Translations under genes and position numbers: made by a program
Part shown: piece by piece, positions 1-9,775 of the stretch
Numbering within the stretch: position 1 is the stretch's first letter
Layout: the number at the start of each line of letters is the position of its first letter
Notes under the pieces: model-generated
Seen by the model: only the letters and a program-made list of their open reading frames with translations
What the model was told of the DNA's origin: nothing
Databases searched by the model: none
Virus record (IMG/VR): IMGVR_UViG_3300032240_002285
Span: 1 to 64,000 of that record
DNA length: 64,000 nt
Source of the DNA: a virus
Direction: 5' to 3' (one strand)

Positions 1-180
1 ATAATATTATATAATAATTCACCAATAGGTATATCTAAACTTTCTAAATTGTTTGACGGTATAATATTATATAATAATTCACCAATAGGTATATCTAAAC
101 TTTCTAAATTACTTAATGGAATATTATTATACATTAAGTCTCCTATTGGAATTAATTCGTATGTTAGTGATGGACAAGGG
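1..180. repeat. 60-bp tandem repeat encoding a 20-aa unit (PSNNLESLDIPIGELLYNII on the - strand)
   Basis: 1-50 is identical to 61-110; a degenerate third copy lies at 121-180. Confidence 0.9.
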
Positions 181-2072
181 ACTGAAACGTATGACAAATC
201 GTTATTTGGAATTGTGATTCTACAATTAATACAATTAGGGTCAAGTAAATTATACTTACTCTTTTGAATTTTAAAGTTATGTCTAATTTGAGAGGCGTTC
301 AATGGCTCAGTATACATTCTAAATGCACTGATGTCACCAATCATACTACCGCCAAATAATTCTTCTAATCTTATTTGAGTTGTAAGACCTGAATATATTG
401 TGTGGTCTAAGTCATAAGTTGTTAAAGATTCGGGGTCTTGTTGGTAAGTAAGTCCACTCAATTCCGCAGGACAACCTCCTGAGAATGTTAAGTTATCGTG
501 AAGACCTTGAGTACCACCACCAATTGAAATATTGTAACCAACACCAATTTGTTTTTCTTTTTCTACGTTTAAAAGTCTTGGAATAATTTCTTCAAAGTTT
601 TCCGCAACCATAAACAATTTACCATTAACATAAAACTTAAGAGTACCTAATCTGTACTTTTGTTCTACAGTCCACATGTCGTTAAACGTAACAACTTCAG
701 TACTTGCTGGGTCATAAGGTTGCTCGTGAGTTAAAGGAGGCTCAACTAAAGTATTACTTCTATTTTCTATTGTTGCAAAATATGTGTTTTTAACCAATAG
801 ACCAAGTCCACCTTTGTCGTATAAATCACATTTATCCAACCACTCGTTTCGTTGGAATACCGTATCTATTTGAACCCAATGTTCAACATTTGGATATGTA
901 GTTCCACTACAATCATCAAATATACCTCTTGTAGAACACCATTCTGTAACTGATGTTCCTGTTTGATATGTTACTCCAGTCAAACACACACCACTAAATT
1001 CACACCCTCCTGTTATTCTATATGTCTTGACACATAATCTTGGGCTACCTGTATCACCACTTAATCTTAATGATAGTGCGTTAGAAACTTCATCATATAA
1101 AGGGCCTTTTTCAGGGTATTTTGCAGTTGTATGACAATCACAAGGACAACCACAATCGCAGTGAGTTATTGTACCACCTGATGGTTGATAAACTTGAAGA
1201 CACATAGATGATGTGTTTGCACTACTAGCACAACCACAAGTGTGCATACAAGTTAAACCTGAAGTTACTCTTGTATATCCCGTATCTTGTTTTGGTTCTC
1301 CGTCCGCATAATGATAAAATTTATTCTCGGCTCTTGCCCCCATATAAAAGAATGTTCCTTTATTATTAGGGTATCTATTATTTAAGCCAACCGAAGTATC
1401 TCCAGTCCATCTATATCTTAACATAAACTCAGCGGTCCAACCTAAACTAACTCTTTCAGGAAAAACTTGGTAATTATATCCAGCAATCTTATAAAATCCT
1501 TGATAGAATCCTCCATCTAATCTTGAGAAGTATCCAACAGGATTACCATCCGTTGCGTAATACATATCGTAGTTATATGAATTATCGTCCCATAATCTAT
1601 TTTCGGTTGTGGTAAAACCAGTGATAGGATGTAATTTCATCCTTCTATCGTACTTGTATCTACTAAACTTGTCTGACTCTGATTCGTAAAGTCCTGTGGT
1701 GATTTGAATTGTTTCACCCGACATATTTTTTACCAATCCATTATCAATACCCGTCAATCCAACATCACATAAATTAGTAACGATTGGACAAAAGTTAGGG
1801 TCAATAAGTAATGGGTTCCAATAATTTTCAGAAACTATTGTATTGTTATCAAAAGTACAAGCTGATGTTTGACATAAAGTTGTACTCGAACTGTTGAAAT
1901 CAAATTTAAACGGCATTCGGTTACCATCGTCCTCTCCAATCAATAGAGGAGAGAAAACAACCTCTTGGTCGTAATCTTTTTCGTCAGAAGCTAGACAAAT
2001 ATCTGTTATTTCATTAACAGGTTTTAGACCAAATCTTCTAAAATTATACTGATTTATATTTTGATATGCCAT
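1..2072 (-). CDS. Virion structural protein with a C-terminal LamG/concanavalin-like domain and tandem repeats (3' end runs off the window)
   Basis: Not in the ORF track. Translated by hand at both ends: MAYQNINQYNFRRFGLK... from ATG at 2072, and ...FRMYTEPLNASQIRHNF (LamG-like end) followed by repeats in the same frame. Late motif at 2082-2088. Confidence 0.75.
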   Translation of the reverse strand, partial: MAYQNINQYNFRRFGLKPVNEITDICLASDEKDYDQEVVFSPLLIGEDDGNRMPFKFDFNSSSTTLCQTSACTFDNNTIVSENYWNPLLIDPNFCPIVTNLCDVGLTGIDNGLVKNMSGETIQITTGLYESESDKFSRYKYDRRMKLHPITGFTTTENRLWDDNSYNYDMYYATDGNPVGYFSRLDGGFYQGFYKIAGYNYQVFPERVSLGWTAEFMLRYRWTGDTSVGLNNRYPNNKGTFFYMGARAENKFYHYADGEPKQDTGYTRVTSGLTCMHTCGCASSANTSSMCLQVYQPSGGTITHCDCGCPCDCHTTAKYPEKGPLYDEVSNALSLRLSGDTGSPRLCVKTYRITGGCEFSGVCLTGVTYQTGTSVTEWCSTRGIFDDCSGTTYPNVEHWVQIDTVFQRNEWLDKCDLYDKGGLGLLVKNTYFATIENRSNTLVEPPLTHEQPYDPASTEVVTFNDMWTVEQKYRLGTLKFYVNGKLFMVAENFEEIIPRLLNVEKEKQIGVGYNISIGGGTQGLHDNLTFSGGCPAELSGLTYQQDPESLTTYDLDHTIYSGLTTQIRLEELFGGSMIGDISAFRMYTEPLNASQIRHNFKIQKSKYNLLDPNCINCRITIPNNDLSYVSVPCPSLTYELIPIGDLMYNNIPLSNLESLDIPIGELLYNIIPSNNLESLDIPIGELLYNI

Positions 2073-2081
2073 AGACTATTG

Positions 2082-2109
2082 ATAAATACCTTATATCCTA
2101 GTATTTATA
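2082..2109. promoter_or_regulatory. Back-to-back late promoter motifs (TATTTAT) for divergent genes
   Basis: ATAAATA at 2082-2088 serves the - gene; TATTTATA at 2102-2109 serves the + gene. Confidence 0.7.
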
Positions 2110-2124
2110 GAATAAAAAATAGAG

Positions 2125-2940
2125 ATGATTGCAGCAGATTCAGAATTTTATTCATCACCATATTATTTTTTCCTTAGAGACAAAGGAGACAAATACTCGT
2201 TATATTTCTCTGTAGAGGGAAGTTTGAACGAAGCACGTAAAAAAGATGAGGTTATTCACTTCCCTAAAAAGGATGGTGAGAAAGTAAAAAACCACATTAA
2301 AAAAATCGCCAAAGAGAAAAAAATTAAAACAACTAAAGGTGTAAAGAAAGATTTGGAAGAATTGGTTAATTTGGACGGAGCAATGTCAAATTCCAAAATA
2401 CCAATTTTAGACCCTAAATTACATCCAAAGAAAACAATGGACCAAACTGTTGCCGCAGCTAGAATCACTAATGACCCAATTTCTCGTGGTTATAGGACTT
2501 ATTATGGTGAATCTGTTGAAGAAGAAGTTAATGAAATTGATTTATCGGGAGCGTTTGGTTATGAAGAAACTGAAGACATGGATGGTCCTGAAACTTACAA
2601 ATACTTGGTTAAGAAGATGAACTTAGAACCAGATGATGCTAAGGAAAGAACAAAACAACAAGGTAAAGACCCTTCAGGTAAGAAAGATAAAAAATCAAAA
2701 TACTACCACGATAAGAATTTTATAACAAGAGCAACTCTTTCAGAAATTCAAAAACAAAAAATGATTAAGGTGGTTGAAGATATTTTGATGGGTAAAAAAA
2801 ATTCTGATACATCAGAAGTTGGAAAAAAAGAATCTGAAGTTTCTAGTATATTAAAGAAAAATATTTCTTCATTAAAGAAACAAGCTGAGAAAGAAGGATT
2901 AACGGTTGCAGAATTAATTAAATTATTAAAGAGTGAATAG
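2125..2940 (+). CDS. Hypothetical late protein (K/E-rich, candidate head-internal protein)
   Basis: 271-aa ORF after a late motif; several x-x-E sites (LNE, VNE, LSE). Confidence 0.75.
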   Translation: MIAADSEFYSSPYYFFLRDKGDKYSLYFSVEGSLNEARKKDEVIHFPKKDGEKVKNHIKKIAKEKKIKTTKGVKKDLEELVNLDGAMSNSKIPILDPKLHPKKTMDQTVAAARITNDPISRGYRTYYGESVEEEVNEIDLSGAFGYEETEDMDGPETYKYLVKKMNLEPDDAKERTKQQGKDPSGKKDKKSKYYHDKNFITRATLSEIQKQKMIKVVEDILMGKKNSDTSEVGKKESEVSSILKKNISSLKKQAEKEGLTVAELIKLLKSE

Positions 2941-3400
2941 TAGTTTATACGATAAAGAAATTGAATTCCCTTCGGATAAAAGAAGACATATGAAAATATG
3001 TTTTGATAAAGCCGTTGGTGCAGATGCAAATACTGAAGGTTATCTTAGAAATAAAGAACTTCAAGACCAAAAATTTATTTCATATAAGCAACTTAAAAGA
3101 ATTAAAAACTTTTTTGATAATTTTAAAGGTAATGAAAAAGAACTACCATTTATTTTAAATGGAGGTGTTGAAATTAAAAATTGGGTTGACAATGAGTTGA
3201 GAAGAATGAGGGATTTTATCAAGATGACCAAAACCAACAAGATGAACACAGGAATGCAAAACCAATTCTTAGACCCTCATGAAAAGAAAGATTTTAATAA
3301 CGTAAGAGCGTCTCAAAAACATTTAAAGACTACCGACAAATATGATGTTGCGGTAACTGAAAGCCTAAAAAGAATAAATGAAATAATGTCAAAACTATAA
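2933..3400 (+). CDS. Hypothetical late protein with a scaffold-like C-terminal helix
   Basis: 155-aa ORF; C-terminus ESLKRINEIMSKL resembles the scaffold C-terminus. Confidence 0.75.
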   Translation: MNSSLYDKEIEFPSDKRRHMKICFDKAVGADANTEGYLRNKELQDQKFISYKQLKRIKNFFDNFKGNEKELPFILNGGVEIKNWVDNELRRMRDFIKMTKTNKMNTGMQNQFLDPHEKKDFNNVRASQKHLKTTDKYDVAVTESLKRINEIMSKL

Positions 3401-3404
3401 AAAC

Positions 3405-3698
3405 ATGGCAAACGAATTAACAGTTGATTTAAGTCAAAATGAACCAAATGCATTGACAGCAATTGCAGACCAAGAAAGAGCTAGACTTATACCTAGAAAT
3501 GATTACAATGGAATTGGAAATCCATATTCGGCAACCAATCAAGATGCGGTCGCTAACGGTGATGATAAAGGTAGAGGTACTGGCGTTTTTCTTGATGTTT
3601 ATAATCCCGCAGCAGGGACTATTACAGATGTTGTAGAAAGAAAAAATGAAATAAAAATAAATAAATTTAACTCATCAAAACCCTACCCTAATTTCTAA
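3405..3698 (+). CDS. Hypothetical protein
   Basis: 97-aa ORF in a tightly packed operon. Confidence 0.75.
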   Translation: MANELTVDLSQNEPNALTAIADQERARLIPRNDYNGIGNPYSATNQDAVANGDDKGRGTGVFLDVYNPAAGTITDVVERKNEIKINKFNSSKPYPNF

Positions 3699-4123
3699 TG
3701 AAACTTCAAGAGTCATTAAAAGGATTACTTTGTGAAATTGCTTCTATTGGTAGTGTACAAGATGCTATAAATAAAAAGCAAGTAATTACAATTTACTATG
3801 ATGGCGATGAACCTGGTGGTAGAGGTATTCGTGAAGTTGAACCCGTAGCTTTAGGTAAAAGTAAAGCAGGAAATTTAGTGATGAGAGGTTGGGACCGTGA
3901 AGGTGCTTCTCATACGGCATATAAAGGCGAAAAGCCATTACCAGGATGGAGATTATTTAGATTAGATAAAATCTTATCGTTGAAACCTACTGGTGAGGTT
4001 TACAATCAACCCCATCCAGGTTATAATTTTAACGGGGATAAAAGCATGGCTAGTATTATTACAATTGCAAAATTTGATAACAATCCTGTCACACCACCAA
4101 CTCCTGAACAACAAACAGTTTAA
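3698..4123 (+). CDS. Stand-alone WYL-domain protein
   Basis: AINKKQVITIYY...REVEPVAL...WRLFRLDKILSL matches the WYL pattern; no HTH or WCX domain. Confidence 0.8.
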   Translation: MKLQESLKGLLCEIASIGSVQDAINKKQVITIYYDGDEPGGRGIREVEPVALGKSKAGNLVMRGWDREGASHTAYKGEKPLPGWRLFRLDKILSLKPTGEVYNQPHPGYNFNGDKSMASIITIAKFDNNPVTPPTPEQQTV

Positions 4124-4132
4124 TTTAAAAAC

Positions 4133-4771
4133 ATGGACCAATTAATGCAAAAACTTATGGTATCTAAAGCCATAATGGACAAGACAGAAGGAATTTCTAA
4201 AAGTGATTATAGACCACAATCTAATCAAATGTTAACGCCAGAGTTTGATATCCCTCAAGCAAAATATAATATTCCTCAAGAATTCTTACAGGAGGCACCC
4301 CAACAAGGACAAATGATGCAACCTTATTTGTCAGAAGCACCAAGAGTTAATACAAAACCTGTGGGTAATCCAACTGTTGACGCCATTAAAAATTCAAGAC
4401 TTCCTGACGAAATTAAAAAGTTAATGATGGAACATCCCATTGCACAACCTCAACAACCAACAGCTACATTATCTGATGATTTAATTGAAAGAGCTTCAAG
4501 ATTAATGAAAGAAAACGGTAACAGTTATTTACCTGATTCCGCAAAACCTCAAACGGCTCAAATTCCTCAATCAAAAACTCAAACACACACAACCTCATCA
4601 TCTATTGATTATAAGCTAATCCAAAAGATGATTAAAGAAGCGGTTAAAGATGCTTTGTCCGAAAATGGATTAATTGCCGAAAGTACTGAAAAATCTAACG
4701 AAGTATTCAGTTTCAAAGTTGGTAAACACGTTTTTGAAGGTAAGGTAACTAAAATTAAAAAATTGTCTTAA
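4133..4771 (+). CDS. Hypothetical P/Q-rich late protein
   Basis: 212-aa ORF with the helix LIQKMIKEAVKDALSE. Confidence 0.75.
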   Translation: MDQLMQKLMVSKAIMDKTEGISKSDYRPQSNQMLTPEFDIPQAKYNIPQEFLQEAPQQGQMMQPYLSEAPRVNTKPVGNPTVDAIKNSRLPDEIKKLMMEHPIAQPQQPTATLSDDLIERASRLMKENGNSYLPDSAKPQTAQIPQSKTQTHTTSSSIDYKLIQKMIKEAVKDALSENGLIAESTEKSNEVFSFKVGKHVFEGKVTKIKKLS

Positions 4772-4826
4772 CCCCTTTCTTTATCTGACATAAATTATTA
4801 TATTTTATTGAATACAATAATTTAAT

Positions 4827-6038
4827 ATGTCAAAAATCAAAGTTTTAGTAGTACCATCCGACCGTACAGGTGTTGGTAAATTTAGGTCTGTAGACCCTCA
4901 CGTTTTTCTTCAGAATTTATACGGAGATGATTTCCACGTAGATATCGTATATGAACCACCATATGATGATGTTAACTTTTGGACTGATTATCAAATAGTA
5001 TCTTTCCACAGAAGTATTGGTCCTGATTTTGATAAGGCAAACCGATTAATCCAAATGTTAAATTCATTAGGCGTTATCACTGTTGGTGATATTGATGACT
5101 ATTGGATGCCAGGTAAAGAACACCCTATTCACGATGTTATTAAATTTAATAAGATTAATGAAAAGATTGTTGCCAACCTTAAAGTTGCAAAATATGTGAC
5201 AACAACCACAGGGTTATTTGCAGATGAAATCAAAAAGATTAATCCTAATGTAGTTGTGTTCCCTAACGCAATTAATCCAAATGAGTCTCAGTTTAAAGAA
5301 CCGACAATTGAATCGGACAGATTACGTTTTGGTTGGTTAGGTGGTTCATCTCACTTACACGATATTCAGTTATTAGACCAATCTTTAGGTAAAATTACTC
5401 ACTTAAAAGACAAATTCCAATTTGTTTTATGTGGCTTTGATACAAGAGGAACGGTTACTGAAATCAATTCAGCAACAGGAGAACATAATAAAAGAAACAT
5501 TTTACCTCATGAAACTGTTTGGGCATCTTATGAAAAAATATTTACCCAAAATTATTCAACAGTTTCTGAAGAATATAAAAAACATTTATTAACTTACGGA
5601 CAAGAAACTTATGCGAATGAAAACAGCGAAGCGTATTCAAGAGTATGGACAAAACCTGTTACGTCTTACGCTAAAAATTATTCAAAGTTTGATGTTTCTT
5701 TAGCACCAATTAAGAATCACATGTTCAACAGAATGAAGTCACAGTTAAAAGTTATTGAGGCAGGATTCTACAAGAAAGCAATTATTGCATCAAACTTAGG
5801 TCCATATACAATTGATATTAAACATTGTTTAGACCACGGTAACTTTGTTGATGGTAATGGTTTATTGGTTGATGAGCAAAGAAACCACTCTGACTGGGCG
5901 AAGTATATTGAGAAACTAATTAAGAATCCTAATATGGCTAAAGATATGGGAGAGAGGTTATATGAAACAGTTAAAGACACATACGATTTAAACGTAGTTA
6001 CAAAAAACAGAGCAGAATTTTATAAATCAATTATATGA
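4827..6038 (+). CDS. Glycosyltransferase, GT-B fold (GT4-like)
   Basis: DIDDYW, FPNAI, GWLGGSSH, LAPIKNHMFNRMKSQLKVIEAG. Confidence 0.85.
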   Translation: MSKIKVLVVPSDRTGVGKFRSVDPHVFLQNLYGDDFHVDIVYEPPYDDVNFWTDYQIVSFHRSIGPDFDKANRLIQMLNSLGVITVGDIDDYWMPGKEHPIHDVIKFNKINEKIVANLKVAKYVTTTTGLFADEIKKINPNVVVFPNAINPNESQFKEPTIESDRLRFGWLGGSSHLHDIQLLDQSLGKITHLKDKFQFVLCGFDTRGTVTEINSATGEHNKRNILPHETVWASYEKIFTQNYSTVSEEYKKHLLTYGQETYANENSEAYSRVWTKPVTSYAKNYSKFDVSLAPIKNHMFNRMKSQLKVIEAGFYKKAIIASNLGPYTIDIKHCLDHGNFVDGNGLLVDEQRNHSDWAKYIEKLIKNPNMAKDMGERLYETVKDTYDLNVVTKNRAEFYKSII

Positions 6039-6739
6039 TAAACATACCTATTACCAAATTATTATTCATTGATATTGAAACCGTTGGAGTTCAACCTGAT
6101 TGGGATTCATTAGTCAAAAATAACGAGGCTCTTTCGTTCCAATTTGAAAATTATTTAGATTGGTTCCAAAAAAGATTCCCTGAAGATGCTGACAAACCTG
6201 TTGGAACAATGTTTGTTAATAGGTCTGCATTAGTTCCTGAATTTGCACGAATTGCATGTGTCAGTGTTGCATTTGTGATGGACAATGGTGAAGTTAAAAT
6301 GCAATCATTCAGTGACCCTGACGAAGGTAAAATGTTATTAGATGTTCAAAAACTTTTATATAGAGTTGGAGAACTTGGATTTTTCTTGTGTGGACATAAT
6401 GTAAAAGGATTTGATATTCCAATGTTGGCAAAAAAAATGATTATAAATGGAATCCTACCTCCAAAAATATTACCAGGTCATGATACTAAACCTTGGGAGG
6501 TTAAAGCGTTAGATACCAAAGAATTATGGCAATACGGTAGTTACGGTTCTATCGCATCTTTGGAACTTATGTGTGTTTCTTTAGGCGTTGAGTCTTCCAA
6601 AAATATGGAGGTTACAGGAAATAAAGTTCACGAAGCGTTTTGGATTAAGAAAGACATTAAAGGTATTGTAGAATATTGTGAAAAGGATGTATCAGTATTG
6701 ATAGATGTAATAAAAAAAATAGTAGAATTAAAACGATGA
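6035..6739 (+). CDS. 3'-5' exonuclease (DEDD, PolB-exo-like)
   Basis: Exo I-III motifs FIDIET, GHNVKGFDIP, YCEKDV. Confidence 0.85.
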   Translation: MINIPITKLLFIDIETVGVQPDWDSLVKNNEALSFQFENYLDWFQKRFPEDADKPVGTMFVNRSALVPEFARIACVSVAFVMDNGEVKMQSFSDPDEGKMLLDVQKLLYRVGELGFFLCGHNVKGFDIPMLAKKMIINGILPPKILPGHDTKPWEVKALDTKELWQYGSYGSIASLELMCVSLGVESSKNMEVTGNKVHEAFWIKKDIKGIVEYCEKDVSVLIDVIKKIVELKR

Positions 6740-7347
6740 AAAACACATTAGACCCAAACTTACTTAATCAAATTCAACAACAGTTTGAATCTTTAAAGAA
6801 TCAAATGGGTATCGAACCAGATGAGCAATCTTTTGCAGGATTAGAAAGTCTTATTGGCAATATTTCTTTTGATGAAATTCAACAAGAAATGGAAACTGCC
6901 ATGAAAACAAAAACTATAAAAATAGAAACAATTCATGAAGATGCGATTCTTCCAGGATATGCATACCCTTCAGATTCTGGATTTGATTTATATTCTGTTG
7001 AAGAATTAGATATGGCTCCGTTTTCAAGAGCATTAGTTGCAACAGGATTAAAAGTTTCTTTTGATGAGGGATATGAAATCCAAGTTCGTCCAAAGAGCGG
7101 ATTAGCCATTAATTATGGTATTACTTGTTTAAATACACCTGGTACTGTTGACCAAGGATATACTGGTGAAATTAAAGTAATATTATTCAATACATCAAAT
7201 GAAAAATTTACAGTTAAAAAAGGAATGAAAATAGCTCAAGCAGTTTTATGTCCTGTTATGAATGGTAAATTTGTTAACATTGAATTAGTTGAAAAAGTAG
7301 ATAATAAAGACCGAGGAAATAACGGATTCGGTAGCACAGGAATTTAA
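6736..7347 (+). CDS. dut: Trimeric dUTPase with an N-terminal extension
   Basis: SGFDL, RPKSGLA, GTVDQGYTGE, IAQ, RGNNGFGSTG. Confidence 0.95.
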   Translation: MKNTLDPNLLNQIQQQFESLKNQMGIEPDEQSFAGLESLIGNISFDEIQQEMETAMKTKTIKIETIHEDAILPGYAYPSDSGFDLYSVEELDMAPFSRALVATGLKVSFDEGYEIQVRPKSGLAINYGITCLNTPGTVDQGYTGEIKVILFNTSNEKFTVKKGMKIAQAVLCPVMNGKFVNIELVEKVDNKDRGNNGFGSTGI

Positions 7348-7352
7348 TACAA

Positions 7353-8981
7353 ATGATTACAGTAGGTTATTCAACAAGAGAACATAATCCAAAGTTTATT
7401 GAGTATCTCAAAAAAAGTTCAGGATTTAAAAAATTAGAAGTAATTGAAAAAATAAACAATGGTGAGAAATCTCTTGCCCAAGTTTATAATGAAATACTTG
7501 AAGAGTCTAAAACTGATATTGTAATACTTTGTCACGACGACATTTATTTTGAGGCAACTGGTTGGTACAACAAAATATTAAAACACTTTGAAAAAAGTGA
7601 TTTTGGTATTATAGGTATGGCTGGTTCCACATCTATGCCGACAAGTGGACAATGGTGGGAAGATAGAAAGAAGATGGTTGGTATTGTAAACCATGAACAC
7701 GAAGGGAAAAAATGGGAATCAAAATATTCTGAATCGTTCCATAATAATGTATTTGAAACTGTTATTGTTGATGGTTTATTTATGGCAATTCACAAAAAAA
7801 GAATCAAATCAAACTTTATTGAGGACTTTAAAGGGTTTCACTTTTATGACATTCCTTTCTGTTTTGAAAATTATTTACAAGGAGTTAAGGTTGGTGTAAT
7901 CACTAACATTAGAGTTACTCACAAATCTATTGGTCAGACAAACGAACAATGGGAAGAAAATAGAAAATTATTCTCAGAAAAATATAAAGATAGTTTACCT
8001 ATAAAACTTCCATTTGACCCCACAAGAAGAATCAAAGTCTTAATTTCTTGTCTATTCTTCAGAACTTTTACAGGCTCTGAATTATATGTGTACGAACTTG
8101 CAAAAAGTTTGATGAAACTTAATTGTGATGTTACAGTTCTATCTCAAATTGGAGGGCCATTGACCGACATGGCTAAAAGAATCGGTATTAAATGCCTTTC
8201 ATTTGAAGAATCACCAGGATTTAGACTTGGTGATGGGAAATGGGGATTTACTACTCCTGAAGGTTTTAAACCTTCAACTGAAAATGTAATGTATAGAGTT
8301 TCAGAAGTTAACTATGATATTATTCATATGCAACACAAACCTGTTGCTGAAAGAATGATTCAATTCTATCCTGAAATAGATAAAATATATTCAATACATT
8401 CTGAAGTAATTGAACTAGAAGACCCCATCAAACACGAATCAATTAAAAAATATATTGCAATTAGACCTGAAATTAAGGAACATATTGTAAATAAATTTGA
8501 AATAACTGAGGAGTCTGTAGACGTTATTTATAATCCATTAGATAATGAAAAATTTAAACCAAAATCAAATGTAAAAACTGAAAATTCAGTTTTATTTGTT
8601 GGGACAATTGATTACTTAAGAAAAGAAACAATATTAGATTTAATGGAAAGAACCAAAGAAGAAGGAAAAGAACTTTGGTTAGTAGGTGAAGATAAAGGAA
8701 ATTATTTAGAACAAGTATTGTTTGAACCTCACGTAAAATATTTTCCACCAATTTGGTCGGTTGAAAATTTTATATACAAGTGTGAGGAAACTGCAGGGAT
8801 TCAATTAGGTAGAACAACTATAGAAGGTTGGTTATGTGGAAAACCAAGTTGGATTTATAAAGTAGATTCTAATGGATTTATATTATCAAAAGAAAAATTC
8901 AATCCACCATCAGATTTAGAAAAGTACCACACATTAAATGTTGCAAACCAAATAAAAAAAGAATATTTAAAAATTTTATAA
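7353..8981 (+). CDS. Two-domain glycosyltransferase (GT-A N-terminal plus GT-B C-terminal)
   Basis: HDD and DGLF...FHFYD in the N-terminal part; TGSELYVYELA and VIYNPLD in the C-terminal part. Confidence 0.8.
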   Translation: MITVGYSTREHNPKFIEYLKKSSGFKKLEVIEKINNGEKSLAQVYNEILEESKTDIVILCHDDIYFEATGWYNKILKHFEKSDFGIIGMAGSTSMPTSGQWWEDRKKMVGIVNHEHEGKKWESKYSESFHNNVFETVIVDGLFMAIHKKRIKSNFIEDFKGFHFYDIPFCFENYLQGVKVGVITNIRVTHKSIGQTNEQWEENRKLFSEKYKDSLPIKLPFDPTRRIKVLISCLFFRTFTGSELYVYELAKSLMKLNCDVTVLSQIGGPLTDMAKRIGIKCLSFEESPGFRLGDGKWGFTTPEGFKPSTENVMYRVSEVNYDIIHMQHKPVAERMIQFYPEIDKIYSIHSEVIELEDPIKHESIKKYIAIRPEIKEHIVNKFEITEESVDVIYNPLDNEKFKPKSNVKTENSVLFVGTIDYLRKETILDLMERTKEEGKELWLVGEDKGNYLEQVLFEPHVKYFPPIWSVENFIYKCEETAGIQLGRTTIEGWLCGKPSWIYKVDSNGFILSKEKFNPPSDLEKYHTLNVANQIKKEYLKIL

Positions 8982-9775
8982 TGAATAGAATCGTTGATTA
9001 TCAAAACTTGGCAAAAGAAATTAAGTTGTGGATTTCAGACTATGTCACCAAAAATAATTTAAAAACTTTAGTTGTTGGTGTTTCAGGTGGAATTGATTCT
9101 GCAGTTGTTTCAACACTTTGCAGTGAAACAGGACTTCCTACTATTTTAGTAGGAATGCCAATTAATTCAAATGAAAAAAATACGGAGTTATCTGAAAAAC
9201 ATATGGAATTTTTAATTGCGAAGTATAAAACAAATGTTTCAGGGTACAACGTTGATTTAAGTAAAACATTTGGTGAATTTCAATCACACCCAATATTCAA
9301 AAATAAATTTAATTCTGAATTAGGATTTGCTAATACAAAATCACGACTGAGGATGATTACACTTTATCAAATCGCAGCATCAGTAAGTGGTTTAGTAGTT
9401 GGTACTGGAAATAAGGTCGAAGATTTTGGTGTTGGGTTTTATACCAAATATGGTGATGGTGGAGTTGATATTTCTCCGATTGCAGACTTGTATAAAACTG
9501 AAGTTAGAGAACTTGGACGTTACTTGGGCATACCTCAAGAAATTATTGATGCGGAACCCACGGATGGTTTGTGGGAAGATGATAGAACAGACGAAGACCA
9601 AATTGGTGTCACTTATGAACAATTAGAATGGGCTATGGAATATGGTTTAAATAAGTTGACATACACAAATAAAGAATTTGAAGTTATGGAAAAATACTGG
9701 AGCTTTAACTTTAAGAATAAACATAAAATGGTTCCAATACCAATTTTTGATTTAAAAGAAAAAGAAATTATATGA
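8981..9775 (+). CDS. nadE: NH3-dependent NAD+ synthetase
   Basis: GVSGGIDSAV, NTKSRLRM, GTGNKVE, GFYTKYGDGGVD, PTDGLW. Confidence 0.95.
   Translation: MNRIVDYQNLAKEIKLWISDYVTKNNLKTLVVGVSGGIDSAVVSTLCSETGLPTILVGMPINSNEKNTELSEKHMEFLIAKYKTNVSGYNVDLSKTFGEFQSHPIFKNKFNSELGFANTKSRLRMITLYQIAASVSGLVVGTGNKVEDFGVGFYTKYGDGGVDISPIADLYKTEVRELGRYLGIPQEIIDAEPTDGLWEDDRTDEDQIGVTYEQLEWAMEYGLNKLTYTNKEFEVMEKYWSFNFKNKHKMVPIPIFDLKEKEII

Noticed and set aside
1-180. Possible CRISPR array
   Set aside because: Units are 60 bp with only 10 variable bases and keep a protein frame on the - strand; this is a coding repeat
49-267. 72-aa plus-strand ORF
   Set aside because: Antisense shadow of the long minus-strand gene
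8981-9775. QueC / 7-deazaguanine DNA modification pathway
   Set aside because: The motifs beyond SGGxDS are NadE-specific, and no folE/queD/queE/dpdA is present in the window
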